Source of the DNA: an uncultured virus (IMG/VR IMGVR_UViG_3300030104_003662)
Lineage: Duplodnaviria; Heunggongvirae; Uroviricota; Caudoviricetes
Virus record (IMG/VR): IMGVR_UViG_3300030104_003662
Location: 1-64,000 of that record
Length of the DNA stretch: 64,000 bases
Direction: 5' to 3' (one strand)
Under the pieces are notes generated by a model. It had not been told where the DNA came from, searched no databases, and was given only the letters and a program-made list of their open reading frames with translations. Position 1 is the stretch's first letter, and the number at the start of each line of letters is the position of its first letter. Position numbers and translations under genes: made by a program. Positions 1 to 8,127 of this stretch are shown here, piece by piece.

Positions 1-18
1 TACGGACAGGACAGCACG

Positions 19-44
19 GCGGTTTACCCGCAGGGGTAAACCGC
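19..44. repeat. Perfect 11-bp inverted repeat (hairpin/cruciform)
   Basis: GCGGTTTACCC (19-29), 4-nt loop GCAG, GGGTAAACCGC (34-44). Confidence 0.9.
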
Positions 45-87
45 ACTATTGGCTAGCAGTACAGCGGTTTATAGAACGCAGCACCGC

Positions 88-150
88 AGTTTACAGGGGG
101 AGTTTACACGGGGCTTCGCCGGAGAGATGGAGTTTACACGGGAGTTTACG
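88..150 (+). repeat. Iteron-like direct repeats AGTTTAC(ACGGG)
   Basis: AGTTTAC at 88, 101, 131 and 143. GGAGTTTACACGGG is exact at 99-112 and 129-142. A T-rich tract follows at 171-201. Confidence 0.8.
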
Positions 151-197
151 CTCCTTTAACCACGCACGGCATTTTTTTAATTTTTTTTTCAGAAACT

Positions 198-213
198 TTT
201 TGGTGCACCAAAA
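198..213. repeat. Perfect 16-bp palindrome TTTTGGTGCACCAAAA
   Basis: Self-complementary, immediately upstream of the first promoter; possible operator or binding site. Confidence 0.7.
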
Positions 214-220
214 GAACAGG

Positions 221-254
221 TGGCTTTTTACCTTCATCCCTTTTGGGTTTACTC
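221..254 (+). promoter_or_regulatory. Archaeal-type promoter, leaderless transcript
   Basis: TGGCTTTTTACC...TTTACTCATG. The TTTTTA box (225-230) ends 25 nt before ATG 255, and the motif is near-duplicated at 548-584. Confidence 0.65.
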
Positions 255-542
255 ATGAGGTCATTTGAACAGGCTTGGCAACTCCTTAAAGAAGAGGCTG
301 AGAACTTTGATGTAGACAACCCGATGCAAGTCGGCAACTATGCGACTCAAGATTTGCCGCACATTACTTGGATGAGTCCTGAAAAAAGAACTGGCTGGGT
401 GGATGGTAACTTGATGTTGTTCGGCCTCCCTCAATGGGCAGCGAGAAACAAACATACAGCGAGTATATCAACGGATAAACAAGAAACTCCTCAAGAGCAT
501 TTTACGAGACAGATGTTTGATGCACAGGGTAAACTAAAATAG
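255..542 (+). CDS. Small protein with N-terminal tag (MRSFEQAWQLLK-E); putative head cargo protein
   Basis: ORF track 243..542. Start moved to ATG 255 on promoter spacing, which puts the tag at the N-terminus. Confidence 0.7.
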   Translation: MRSFEQAWQLLKEEAENFDVDNPMQVGNYATQDLPHITWMSPEKRTGWVDGNLMLFGLPQWAARNKHTASISTDKQETPQEHFTRQMFDAQGKLK

Positions 543-547
543 ACCGC

Positions 548-581
548 TGGCTTTTTACCCTGAGTCGCATTGGCTTTACGC
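548..581 (+). promoter_or_regulatory. Archaeal-type promoter, duplicate of 221-254
   Basis: TGGCTTTTTACC...TTTACGCATG. TTTTTA (552-557) ends 25 nt before ATG 582. Confidence 0.65.
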
Positions 582-1271
582 ATGGGAGCATTTGATAACG
601 CTTGGTCAGTATTGAAATTAGACCGTTCTCACTTTAACCGCCTTGAGATAGACGACGATGAAGAACTGTCACACGAACCTACCGAGGAATACCCCGGACA
701 GCATCGTGACGAGCCAGTGAAGAACCCAATGCATGAAGCAACAATGGATGAGAGGTTTGAAGAAGAAGAGGCAGAGGGTGTACCTGAAAAGTCTCGTTTG
801 CTTTCTGCTCGCCCGCCTCAAAGACTTGACTTAAGCACTCCTAAGAATCCTTTCCAAAAATCTTGGAACATACTCAAGGCTCGCACTGAGCGGGCTTACT
901 CACCGATGCATGGAGAGCGCGCTCCTACAGCAGAGCAGCGTGCCATCGACCGTAGTGTGAGAATGAAGCCTGACAATTTACAAACTATGACACAACTTGC
1001 GGGCATGCCGCAAGATATTAGTTCAGCGACTGGTGATATATCAAGGCAAACTGAGCGGGCTAATGTCATGCGTGATGAAAGTAGAAACCGTATGGCCGGG
1101 CAAGAAGAACTTGAAATGGGAATGACAGAAGAAGAAGAAGCGGATTATGTCAAATACTTATTAGACAGGAGCAAGGGTGAAGAAGATGCACGCTTTAGAG
1201 AAAGCGCAGGTAGTGAGGGCAGCCCAGCGGGTCGTAACATTGGTGGTCTTTCATCAAGAGTAGCACTATAA
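582..1271 (+). CDS. Acidic protein with two tags (AFDNAWSVLK-L; PFQKSWNILK-A); putative head cargo di-protein
   Basis: ORF 570..1271, start moved to ATG 582. Tag at the N-terminus and again at about 850-880. Confidence 0.75.
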   Translation: MGAFDNAWSVLKLDRSHFNRLEIDDDEELSHEPTEEYPGQHRDEPVKNPMHEATMDERFEEEEAEGVPEKSRLLSARPPQRLDLSTPKNPFQKSWNILKARTERAYSPMHGERAPTAEQRAIDRSVRMKPDNLQTMTQLAGMPQDISSATGDISRQTERANVMRDESRNRMAGQEELEMGMTEEEEADYVKYLLDRSKGEEDARFRESAGSEGSPAGRNIGGLSSRVAL

Positions 1272-1283
1272 GGGGAAATTGAA

Positions 1284-1721
1284 ATGCAACCAATCGACGC
1301 AGCATGGAACTTATTGAAAGCAATAAGAATGGATGACGAATATGCCGATGAGCCAATAGACTATGGTGATGCCAATTGGCCCGACGGCCCCGGTCATTTT
1401 ATGTTCACTGGTGGAAAAGGTAGTATGAATCCGTTTAGCGTATCATCAAGACAGAAAATTGGTGACGAGACTCCAGCGCATGCTCAGGTTACAGCGCAGC
1501 GCCCTGCTCATTTGGATAATGCAGAAGAAGCAAGACTGGCTGCATTGTCAGAAGCGCAGGGTACAGTAAGTCCTGAAATGCACATGACACAGTTGCTTGG
1601 TGAATTAACGGCACGATTAGATAACACTATTCCCGGTACTCTTGAAAGAATGCAATTAGAAGAGCGCATCCAAGAGTTGCAAAACCGAGTTAGCCGAATG
1701 GGTCCCGGCTCAAGCCCTTGA
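1284..1721 (+). CDS. Tagged protein (MQPIDAAWNLLK-A), function unknown
   Basis: ORF with purine-rich RBS (AAGGGG); N-terminal tag; C-terminal helical segment. Confidence 0.75.
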   Translation: MQPIDAAWNLLKAIRMDDEYADEPIDYGDANWPDGPGHFMFTGGKGSMNPFSVSSRQKIGDETPAHAQVTAQRPAHLDNAEEARLAALSEAQGTVSPEMHMTQLLGELTARLDNTIPGTLERMQLEERIQELQNRVSRMGPGSSP

Positions 1722-1727
1722 TAAGAA

Positions 1728-2426
1728 GTGAATAACATGAAACCAATTGACGCAGCATGGAACTTATTAAAAGCGATACCCTTAGACCCTGACACCCCAT
1801 GGGTGGATGGTAAAGGCATATCAGGTTTTAGAGGCGAAGTATCGGATGCCCACTTTAGAGAAAGTTTACCTAATTTTCCTTTAGGTGCTCATATGCAAAC
1901 TAACGAAATGCCTAATTACACAGATACAGACAGCCGTGGTCGAATTGCAGCGGTTTTAGGTGGAGAAAGGAACATGAGAACAGTGCCTATTAGTCCATAC
2001 GATAGCGACATTACAAGGCAAAGTGCCTATCAATTCGCCCCTCTTGAAAATCCTGACTTCCCACGAGGACATGGAGGCTACAATTACCCAACTGCTAATT
2101 ACCAAGGAGGATTTCCGAAAACTCACAGGCCGACACCCGGTAGCAATCAAGAACTGATTGATGCAATATCAAGGCTTAGTCCTGATGAACAGTATTTGGT
2201 AAATGCAATGAAGGAAAGCCATAGAACCACTCATCCTACTCAGAAAACTCTTGATGAAATGAACATGTCTCGTGACGAATACTTGCAGCATATGCAAGAA
2301 AATGCAACAGCAGCAGCAAGGGCAATGGGCCTAGACAATAATCTACCCGGAGGAAGGTTAGGTGCGGTTGCTAGGTATAGTCAAGACATGACTCCTCCTG
2401 AGTATCAGCAATCCGTATTTGAGTGA
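1728..2426 (+). CDS. Tagged protein (MKPIDAAWNLLK-A), function unknown
   Basis: Tag nearly identical at DNA level to that of 1284; the rest is unrelated. Start is GTG 1728 or ATG 1737. Confidence 0.75.
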   Translation: MNNMKPIDAAWNLLKAIPLDPDTPWVDGKGISGFRGEVSDAHFRESLPNFPLGAHMQTNEMPNYTDTDSRGRIAAVLGGERNMRTVPISPYDSDITRQSAYQFAPLENPDFPRGHGGYNYPTANYQGGFPKTHRPTPGSNQELIDAISRLSPDEQYLVNAMKESHRTTHPTQKTLDEMNMSRDEYLQHMQENATAAARAMGLDNNLPGGRLGAVARYSQDMTPPEYQQSVFE

Positions 2427-3214
2427 ATAACATGAAACCCCTTGAGCAAGCGTGGGATTTGCTCAAAGCAAAACAATATCATCACTCTCGTACTGACCGT
2501 TGGATTCCTGAAACACAAACTACACTAGGTCAGCATGGTTTCAAAGGGGCTGCTGATAACTTAACAGACGCTTTGTTAGATGACAATTATGCTTATAGTA
2601 CTGAAAGACCGGATAGTAGAAGAGGAGATTACTATGTCTCTTTACCAAAACAAGACTTAAGGTCAGACACAAGGCGTTATCAAATCCACTCTGCTGATAA
2701 TGATAAAGTGGCTGGTCAGGCTGATATGATGAGAGGTTTACTATCTACAGACAATATGGTACAAGAGGCTTACAAACCGACTTACGCTTTAGTAAATCCT
2801 ACGCATAGGGGTCAAGATTTGTATAACCGTGCTTTGTTAGGTATACTTTCTGCACAAGGACCCGCTGACATAGGTAGTTTGGTATCAAGTGATAGAACAA
2901 TGGCAAGTGCTACTTCTCATCAAAAGTTACAACAAGACTTAGCAAACTTAGGTGAGGGCTACTTTAGCAGAGAAGGCGGGTTGGGTTACGATGAGCCAAC
3001 CTTTAGCCCGCTACCACGCAGTCAAAATGACGAACATACTTATTTGTCACTAGGTAATTACTCTCCGCCAAGTCTATACGGAGACCTTCGTGCAAGAGAC
3101 CCCGGAGGTTTGCCGATGAGAATCATTGACGAACCTCAGTCTGTTGAGGACTTTTCTGAGTCTGACCCAAGCCAAACTATACAAGCAAAATTACCTCAAT
3201 GGGGTATTTACTAA
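2423..3214 (+). CDS. Tagged protein (MKPLEQAWDLLK-A) with a GNAT-like acetyltransferase motif
   Basis: YALVNPTHRGQDLYNRALLGIL resembles GNAT motif A (VxPxxRGxG), with G replaced by D. Confidence 0.6.
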   Translation: MNNMKPLEQAWDLLKAKQYHHSRTDRWIPETQTTLGQHGFKGAADNLTDALLDDNYAYSTERPDSRRGDYYVSLPKQDLRSDTRRYQIHSADNDKVAGQADMMRGLLSTDNMVQEAYKPTYALVNPTHRGQDLYNRALLGILSAQGPADIGSLVSSDRTMASATSHQKLQQDLANLGEGYFSREGGLGYDEPTFSPLPRSQNDEHTYLSLGNYSPPSLYGDLRARDPGGLPMRIIDEPQSVEDFSESDPSQTIQAKLPQWGIY

Positions 3215-3265
3215 TCACTTAGTAGTACCAAACATTTTATTTCATGCACTGCCTTCGGATTCAAT

Positions 3266-4120
3266 ATGGGCCGTTCTCGTGACATTCAAATCTACGAAGT
3301 TGGTCCTCGTGATGGCTTGCAAAATGTTTTATTTGAAACAAGTACTTCTGACAAAGTTGATTTAATAACCAGTCTTCATAAGGCTGGTTTTGAAAATATG
3401 GAAATAACTTCTTTTGTACATCCAAAGTTAGTACCTAATATGTCAGATGCTGAAAAAGTATTTGAGCAAACTAAACACTTAGGTGACTTTGGAGTACTAG
3501 TACCTAATCAAAGAGGCTTTGAAAGGGCCAAATCGGTGGGAGCAAAGAAGTTTAATATATTCTTTTCACCCTCAAGAGAGTTTAATTATCGTAATTTAGG
3601 TAATAGTAACTTGTCTGAGATTCATTGGAAACTACAAAACATGCTTAAAGATGTAGACAGAGAAAATGTAAGAGCGTATATTTCCTGTGCGTTTGGCTGT
3701 CCTTTTGAGGGCAAGCCTTCTGAGCATGATTTGAAAGCAACTGCTGAAATTGCTGACGAATTAGCCAGTGATATTGTTTTATGCGACACTATAGGTAGTT
3801 GTCATCCTTCTCTTATGCGTTGGACTTTAGACAAAGTGAAAAAAGTAGATGCTGATATTGGTCTACATATGCACCACAACTCTAAAAGGACTAATGATAT
3901 ATTTGCAAATATAAAATCTGCATTTGAGTTTGGCATAACAAAGTTAGACTCTAGTATAGGCGGACTTGGAGGTTGCCCATTTATCCCCGGCAGCGGTGGG
4001 AATCTATCAACGAATGCTTTGATAAATTGGGCAAATGACAATGGTTATGAAACAGGAATAGAACTTCGTGATTTGATACCAGCAACAGATTGGGTATCAA
4101 AGTTTGATGCAATAGTCTAA
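3266..4120 (+). CDS. hmgL: Hydroxymethylglutaryl-CoA lyase (DRE-TIM metallolyase), auxiliary metabolic gene
   Basis: IYEVGPRDGLQN, EITSFVHPKLVP, AYISCAFGCPFEG, LCDTIG, HMH metal ligands and GLGGCPF catalytic-Cys loop are all present. Confidence 0.93.
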   Translation: MGRSRDIQIYEVGPRDGLQNVLFETSTSDKVDLITSLHKAGFENMEITSFVHPKLVPNMSDAEKVFEQTKHLGDFGVLVPNQRGFERAKSVGAKKFNIFFSPSREFNYRNLGNSNLSEIHWKLQNMLKDVDRENVRAYISCAFGCPFEGKPSEHDLKATAEIADELASDIVLCDTIGSCHPSLMRWTLDKVKKVDADIGLHMHHNSKRTNDIFANIKSAFEFGITKLDSSIGGLGGCPFIPGSGGNLSTNALINWANDNGYETGIELRDLIPATDWVSKFDAIV

Positions 4121-4184
4121 TTAAGTGTAGCAAAACTCACCTACTAGTTTATTTTCTACACCGCCTTCGGCATCTATATCGGAG

Positions 4185-4460
4185 TTGGTCGGCATTTTTA
4201 TCAAGTTTATTATGCAGGTTATGGGCTATGTCTACTGCTGGCTTGAAAGGTTTGTATCTTATCCAAACGACCACACAATACTAGGAGTACCGATTAGTAA
4301 AGATTTTCAAAACATGTCTCGTAGAGAGTTATGTCAATACATAAATGAAAATACTCCGGGTGATGGGTCTTTTTGGAATCTCGACAGTACAAGCAAGATT
4401 AGGTTTGGCTGTGAAATGTTAAAATTACAGGAGGAAAATAAAAATGAACAGTTGGAGTAA
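4185..4460 (+). CDS. Hypothetical protein, hydrophobic N-terminus
   Basis: ORF track; fills the gap after hmgL; start uncertain. Confidence 0.55.
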   Translation: MVGIFIKFIMQVMGYVYCWLERFVSYPNDHTILGVPISKDFQNMSRRELCQYINENTPGDGSFWNLDSTSKIRFGCEMLKLQEENKNEQLE

Positions 4461-4617
4461 AGAGTGTACTATGTTAGATTCTTGGTTTGATGCTAAGTCG
4501 AAAGAACTAGATGCAGCAGAAAAGCAATTTGATAGAGATTTAATCACTGGCAAAAAGTTACATTCTGAAAAAGTAAAAAGATGGAAAGCGGTAATGGCAA
4601 GACTCTTACATTTGTGA
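4444..4617 (+). CDS. Small hypothetical protein (57 aa, below the ORF-track cutoff)
   Basis: GGAGG RBS, then ATG 4444: MNSWSKECTMLDSWFDAKSKELDAAEKQFDRDLITGKK...RLLHL*. Confidence 0.5.
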   Translation: MNSWSKECTMLDSWFDAKSKELDAAEKQFDRDLITGKKLHSEKVKRWKAVMARLLHL

Positions 4618-4654
4618 CACCAATCTTAAGTACAGATTCTTTTTGGAACTGTGC

Positions 4655-4828
4655 ATGGAGTGGGGCTATTTAGCAATAATCGCCTTCTTTGCGACTTGGT
4701 TGATGATTTATCATGTATCTAAGCAAGTTGATTATAATAGAGAGCAGTTTAATGATTTAACAAGCATTGTTAGAAGCATTAAGTACAACTATATGAGGGA
4801 AGAGAGTGAAAGGCAGAAGAAGAAGTAA
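4655..4828 (+). CDS. Small single-TM membrane protein
   Basis: MEWGYLAIIAFFATWLMIYHV hydrophobic helix; CTTAAG box ends 25 nt before ATG 4655. Confidence 0.6.
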   Translation: MEWGYLAIIAFFATWLMIYHVSKQVDYNREQFNDLTSIVRSIKYNYMREESERQKKK

Positions 4829-4961
4829 GATTTGTGAGCAGTGTAAGCACCATCCTACTCGCAGAGTGTACATAAAGTGCGATGGTGTTTTCAAAGGCAT
4901 TGCTTGGCTTTGTACTAAATGCAAAGGTATGACTTGGGAAAGCAAAGAAGGCTTAATCTAG
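4806..4961 (+). CDS. Small Zn-ribbon protein (51 aa, not in ORF track)
   Basis: GTG start: MKGRRRSKICEQCKHHPTRRVYIKCDGVFKGIAWLCTKCKGMTWESKEGLI*, with two CxxC pairs. Confidence 0.55.
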   Translation: MKGRRRSKICEQCKHHPTRRVYIKCDGVFKGIAWLCTKCKGMTWESKEGLI

Positions 4962-4997
4962 GGATAGGTTTTTGTCTACTCATTACTTCGCAACTTC

Positions 4998-7487
4998 ATG
5001 CCGACATGCCATGTTTGTGGTCAGGAGTTTCCTTATGGACCTCAAGGCATTGTCGCACATAGTAGGCATGTAGACGAACACTATGGTGTTAATAACCAAA
5101 GTGAAAAGGATGCTATGTTTCAAACAGGCGAACCAATGGACCTCGCTATGCGGTTGCTAAAAAATTACGATATTGAAGAAGTCAAAAGAAACCTTATGAA
5201 TGCTGGTGCATTTGAGGATTATATTGACCATCAAATTGATAATGCACAACCCGGTATGGATAGAAACCTACCACGGCCTTACGGTTTAATGAGCCATCAA
5301 GCGTTAAATCATTTAATGAATGGATTTTATGAAGGTGATATTAGAGAAATGCTTGATGACCCTAATTTTGCTTTTGATAGAAATAAAGAGGGAAAATTGA
5401 TTTGGAATGCTCGTAATTTAGGGGCGGGAGAGCCTGAACATGCTCATCCCGAACATTTAGGTTTTATGATTGAAAATCAATTGGAGGGAACTCCTATAGA
5501 TTTTCAAGGAATAGGAAAAGAGGTTATGTTAAGATGGTTAGAAAATACACCGTGGAAACTTAATGAACCACGAACAAGTAAGTTCTTAGGTTTGGAATTG
5601 AAACCTACATCAACGACTGACTTTTCAAGTACTTACGCATACGGCCCAACTGATACTTTAGAACAAGTTGAAGGAATAAAAGGGCGAGGCTTTCAAGACA
5701 TTATGACAGGCGAACCAATGGACCTCGCTTGGCGACTACTCAAGATGCCGGTTGTTGATACTGACATTCCTGAATTAAGGATGGCCTATGACTTCGATGA
5801 TGAAGTAAGCGAAGCGCGTCAATCTCACCCTCAAGGTATCATAGGTAACAGTCCTTTAATTTCTAATAGACAAGATGAAATCTCTGACATGACTCCCAAT
5901 CAATACTTCGACCTCTTAAACCAATTTTTTATACAAGAGCATGGTAAGAGGCTACCTGATAAAGACGCAGATTATCGCTGGGCCAATATGAGAATGGGGG
6001 CTGAAACACCTAAAGAGCACATAGGTAATATGGTACAAGGTATAGGTGAAGGTCAGGTTATGGGGATGCCTTCTTTGTATTTAGAAAACGACGGGAGAGG
6101 TAACTTTTTCCCAACAGGGCAGCAAGAAGGCGGCCATCGTATGGAGGCTCTAAGGCAAATGGGGCATGGTGATACTCCGGTCCCTGTCCTTCAACAAAAA
6201 CGAGGTTATAACCGTGAGCCTGATAATTCTATAGAAACATTAACCGAAGACCCTAATAGTATTTTTTACGGTGCTGACCACAAACATATGTCGGATTTAT
6301 TACAAACAGGCGAACCAATAGACCTCGCTATGCGGCTGCTTAAGATGCCTATTGTTTCCGATTTACCCGAAGTAAGGCAACTTGATACTGGCCCAGCAAA
6401 CATTCATCAATTTCAAGACCCAGTAACAGGTGAAGTGAAACCGTTGTACATTTCTCCCGCATCAAACCCTGACTCAGAAAATCTTTACGCCGGTATAGTT
6501 GGAGATAACGGCGATAGAGCATCAGCAAAGTTTAACACCGGAGATGGTGATTATGCAAGTTTGGATGGTGTAGAAACACAAGAGCCGTATCGAAGAAGAG
6601 GCTACATGAGTGCAATATATGATGCGATGGATGAATACCTTCAACAAAACAAAACAGGTCGCCGTTTAGTACCAAGCGATTTCCAAAGTGATGAAGGAAA
6701 AGCGTTTTGGGAAAGTAGGAAAAAAAGCGAACCAATGGACATCGCTATGCAGTTGCTTAAGATAAGTGCAGATGAGATAGATGATATAGAAAGGGAAATA
6801 GAAGGCTCTGTAAAAGATTCAAGAAGAACATTCCCTAAAGGTAGGAAAAAAACGAGAAGCATGGGTATGGGGTCAAGTGAAGAGGAATGGGAGCCTAGAG
6901 AACGACCTAATGCTAGACAAGGTAGAAAACCTCTTTCATTTGAACAGCAAGAATCTGAGTGGGATAAATTAGATATGCATCCGGGTAGCCGAGGTCATGA
7001 AATCAACGCACTACGGAGCGAACAGGCTAGAGGGTACCCCCCGGAGTTTGGGACCTTTGCAGATTTAGACGACGGAGATTACCTTTTACAAGAATATAAC
7101 CCTAATATAGAAGAAAACCCATACTGGGGTTCTTTCATTTATCCGGGTTCAGAGACTCGCTATAATGTGCCAAATAATGATTATTGGATAAAGGATGATA
7201 AAATACTGAACTTTCCTCAACGAACCGAATCACTAGAAGAAGTTCCAACATTTTCTCAAACTCCGTTTAACCCTATGACTGATTTTACCCGTAGCGAACC
7301 AATGGACCTTGCTTTCAGATTGCTCAAAGGTGACATACTAGTTGTATCTGAAACAGTAGCAAAAAAATTATGCCCTGCTGGTAAAGCAGCCGCTAAACGC
7401 AAGTTCAAAGTTTATCCGTCAGCCTATGCTAATGGATGGGCTGTGCAGTATTGTAAAGGTAAGTTTAGGGGGAAAAAGAAAAAATGA
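4998..7487 (+). CDS. Modular polyprotein: Zn finger / unknown / ParB-Srx-like / GNAT / unknown / basic module, separated by five EP[MI]D[LI]AxxLLK tags
   Basis: Five in-frame repeats. CHVC..H..H at the N-terminus; MPSLYL..QEGGHRMEALRQMG..PVPV (ParB/Srx-like); VETQEPYRRRGYMSAIYDAM..QSDEGKAFWE (GNAT); C-terminal LCPAGKAAAKRKFKVYPSAYANGWAVQYCKGK. Confidence 0.8.
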   Translation: MPTCHVCGQEFPYGPQGIVAHSRHVDEHYGVNNQSEKDAMFQTGEPMDLAMRLLKNYDIEEVKRNLMNAGAFEDYIDHQIDNAQPGMDRNLPRPYGLMSHQALNHLMNGFYEGDIREMLDDPNFAFDRNKEGKLIWNARNLGAGEPEHAHPEHLGFMIENQLEGTPIDFQGIGKEVMLRWLENTPWKLNEPRTSKFLGLELKPTSTTDFSSTYAYGPTDTLEQVEGIKGRGFQDIMTGEPMDLAWRLLKMPVVDTDIPELRMAYDFDDEVSEARQSHPQGIIGNSPLISNRQDEISDMTPNQYFDLLNQFFIQEHGKRLPDKDADYRWANMRMGAETPKEHIGNMVQGIGEGQVMGMPSLYLENDGRGNFFPTGQQEGGHRMEALRQMGHGDTPVPVLQQKRGYNREPDNSIETLTEDPNSIFYGADHKHMSDLLQTGEPIDLAMRLLKMPIVSDLPEVRQLDTGPANIHQFQDPVTGEVKPLYISPASNPDSENLYAGIVGDNGDRASAKFNTGDGDYASLDGVETQEPYRRRGYMSAIYDAMDEYLQQNKTGRRLVPSDFQSDEGKAFWESRKKSEPMDIAMQLLKISADEIDDIEREIEGSVKDSRRTFPKGRKKTRSMGMGSSEEEWEPRERPNARQGRKPLSFEQQESEWDKLDMHPGSRGHEINALRSEQARGYPPEFGTFADLDDGDYLLQEYNPNIEENPYWGSFIYPGSETRYNVPNNDYWIKDDKILNFPQRTESLEEVPTFSQTPFNPMTDFTRSEPMDLAFRLLKGDILVVSETVAKKLCPAGKAAAKRKFKVYPSAYANGWAVQYCKGKFRGKKKK
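5124..7328 (+). repeat. Five dispersed ~39-bp coding repeats (GCGAACCAATRGACMTYGCT core)
   Basis: Copies at 5124-5162, 5706-5744, 6306-6344, 6726-6761 and 7293-7328. Confidence 0.9.
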
Positions 7488-7792
7488 CCCGTTGCACTTG
7501 CCATGATGTACTTATTGTTAAAGACTTGAATCGTTGGTTCAAAGAGAAATGGGTAGATGTATCGCGCAAAGACAAAGATGGCAAGCACCCTCCTTGTGGC
7601 AGAAGCAAGGCTAAAAAGTCTAGCAAAGGCTATCCAAAGTGTAGACCAAGTGTAAAGGTTAGTAGTAAGACTCCAAAGACAAGCGGCTCTATGAGCGAAG
7701 GTCAAAAGCAAGCCGCTACTAAGCGCAAACGGTCTAAAAAGCAAGGTGTTGGTGGAAAACCTACTATAGTAAAAATGGTTAGGGTGGTCTAA
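7484..7792 (+). CDS. Small basic protein (LNRWFKEKWVDV..PCGR..YPKCRP type, common in marine viruses)
   Basis: Very Lys/Arg-rich; overlaps the previous stop (ATGA); LIVK-D site near the N-terminus. Confidence 0.75.
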   Translation: MTRCTCHDVLIVKDLNRWFKEKWVDVSRKDKDGKHPPCGRSKAKKSSKGYPKCRPSVKVSSKTPKTSGSMSEGQKQAATKRKRSKKQGVGGKPTIVKMVRVV

Positions 7793-8127
7793 TGGACTAC
7801 GACTTTTGCGACTGTTGTACTCCAGCAGAAATTAGTTTTGAGTTTCTAAAGGCTAAAAAGAAGTCAAAGCCATTTCACGGTTACAATCCAAACAAACATA
7901 GCAAAAAAGGCGGTCTAAATGCCAAAGGTCGTGCTGCGGCTAAGCGTAAAAGTGGAGCAAATCTAAAACCACCGGTTACTACAAAGCCATCTAAACTTAA
8001 GCCCGGCTCAAAAAAGGCTAAGCGTCGTAAATCATTTTGTGCTCGTATGAGTGGCGTAAAGGGTCCAACCAGTAAAAAGGGCAAACTTACTCCTAAAGGT
8101 GCATCACTAAAGAGGTGGAACTGTTGA
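7792..8127 (+). CDS. Small basic protein (GGLNAKGR..RRKSFCARM..WNC type)
   Basis: Acidic leader ending SFEFLK-A, followed by a highly basic domain seen in marine phage hypothetical proteins (recognised from memory). Confidence 0.75.
   Translation: MDYDFCDCCTPAEISFEFLKAKKKSKPFHGYNPNKHSKKGGLNAKGRAAAKRKSGANLKPPVTTKPSKLKPGSKKAKRRKSFCARMSGVKGPTSKKGKLTPKGASLKRWNC

Noticed and set aside
146..337. Minus-strand 63-aa ORF across the left-end T tract
   Set aside because: Runs through the promoter/palindrome region and a poly-Lys-encoding tract; likely spurious.
5124..7328. Dispersed ~39-bp repeats as a CRISPR array or attC cassette sites
   Set aside because: Spacing is 400-600 bp, the repeats are in frame and vary mostly at synonymous positions, they are not palindromic, and no cas or integrase gene is present.
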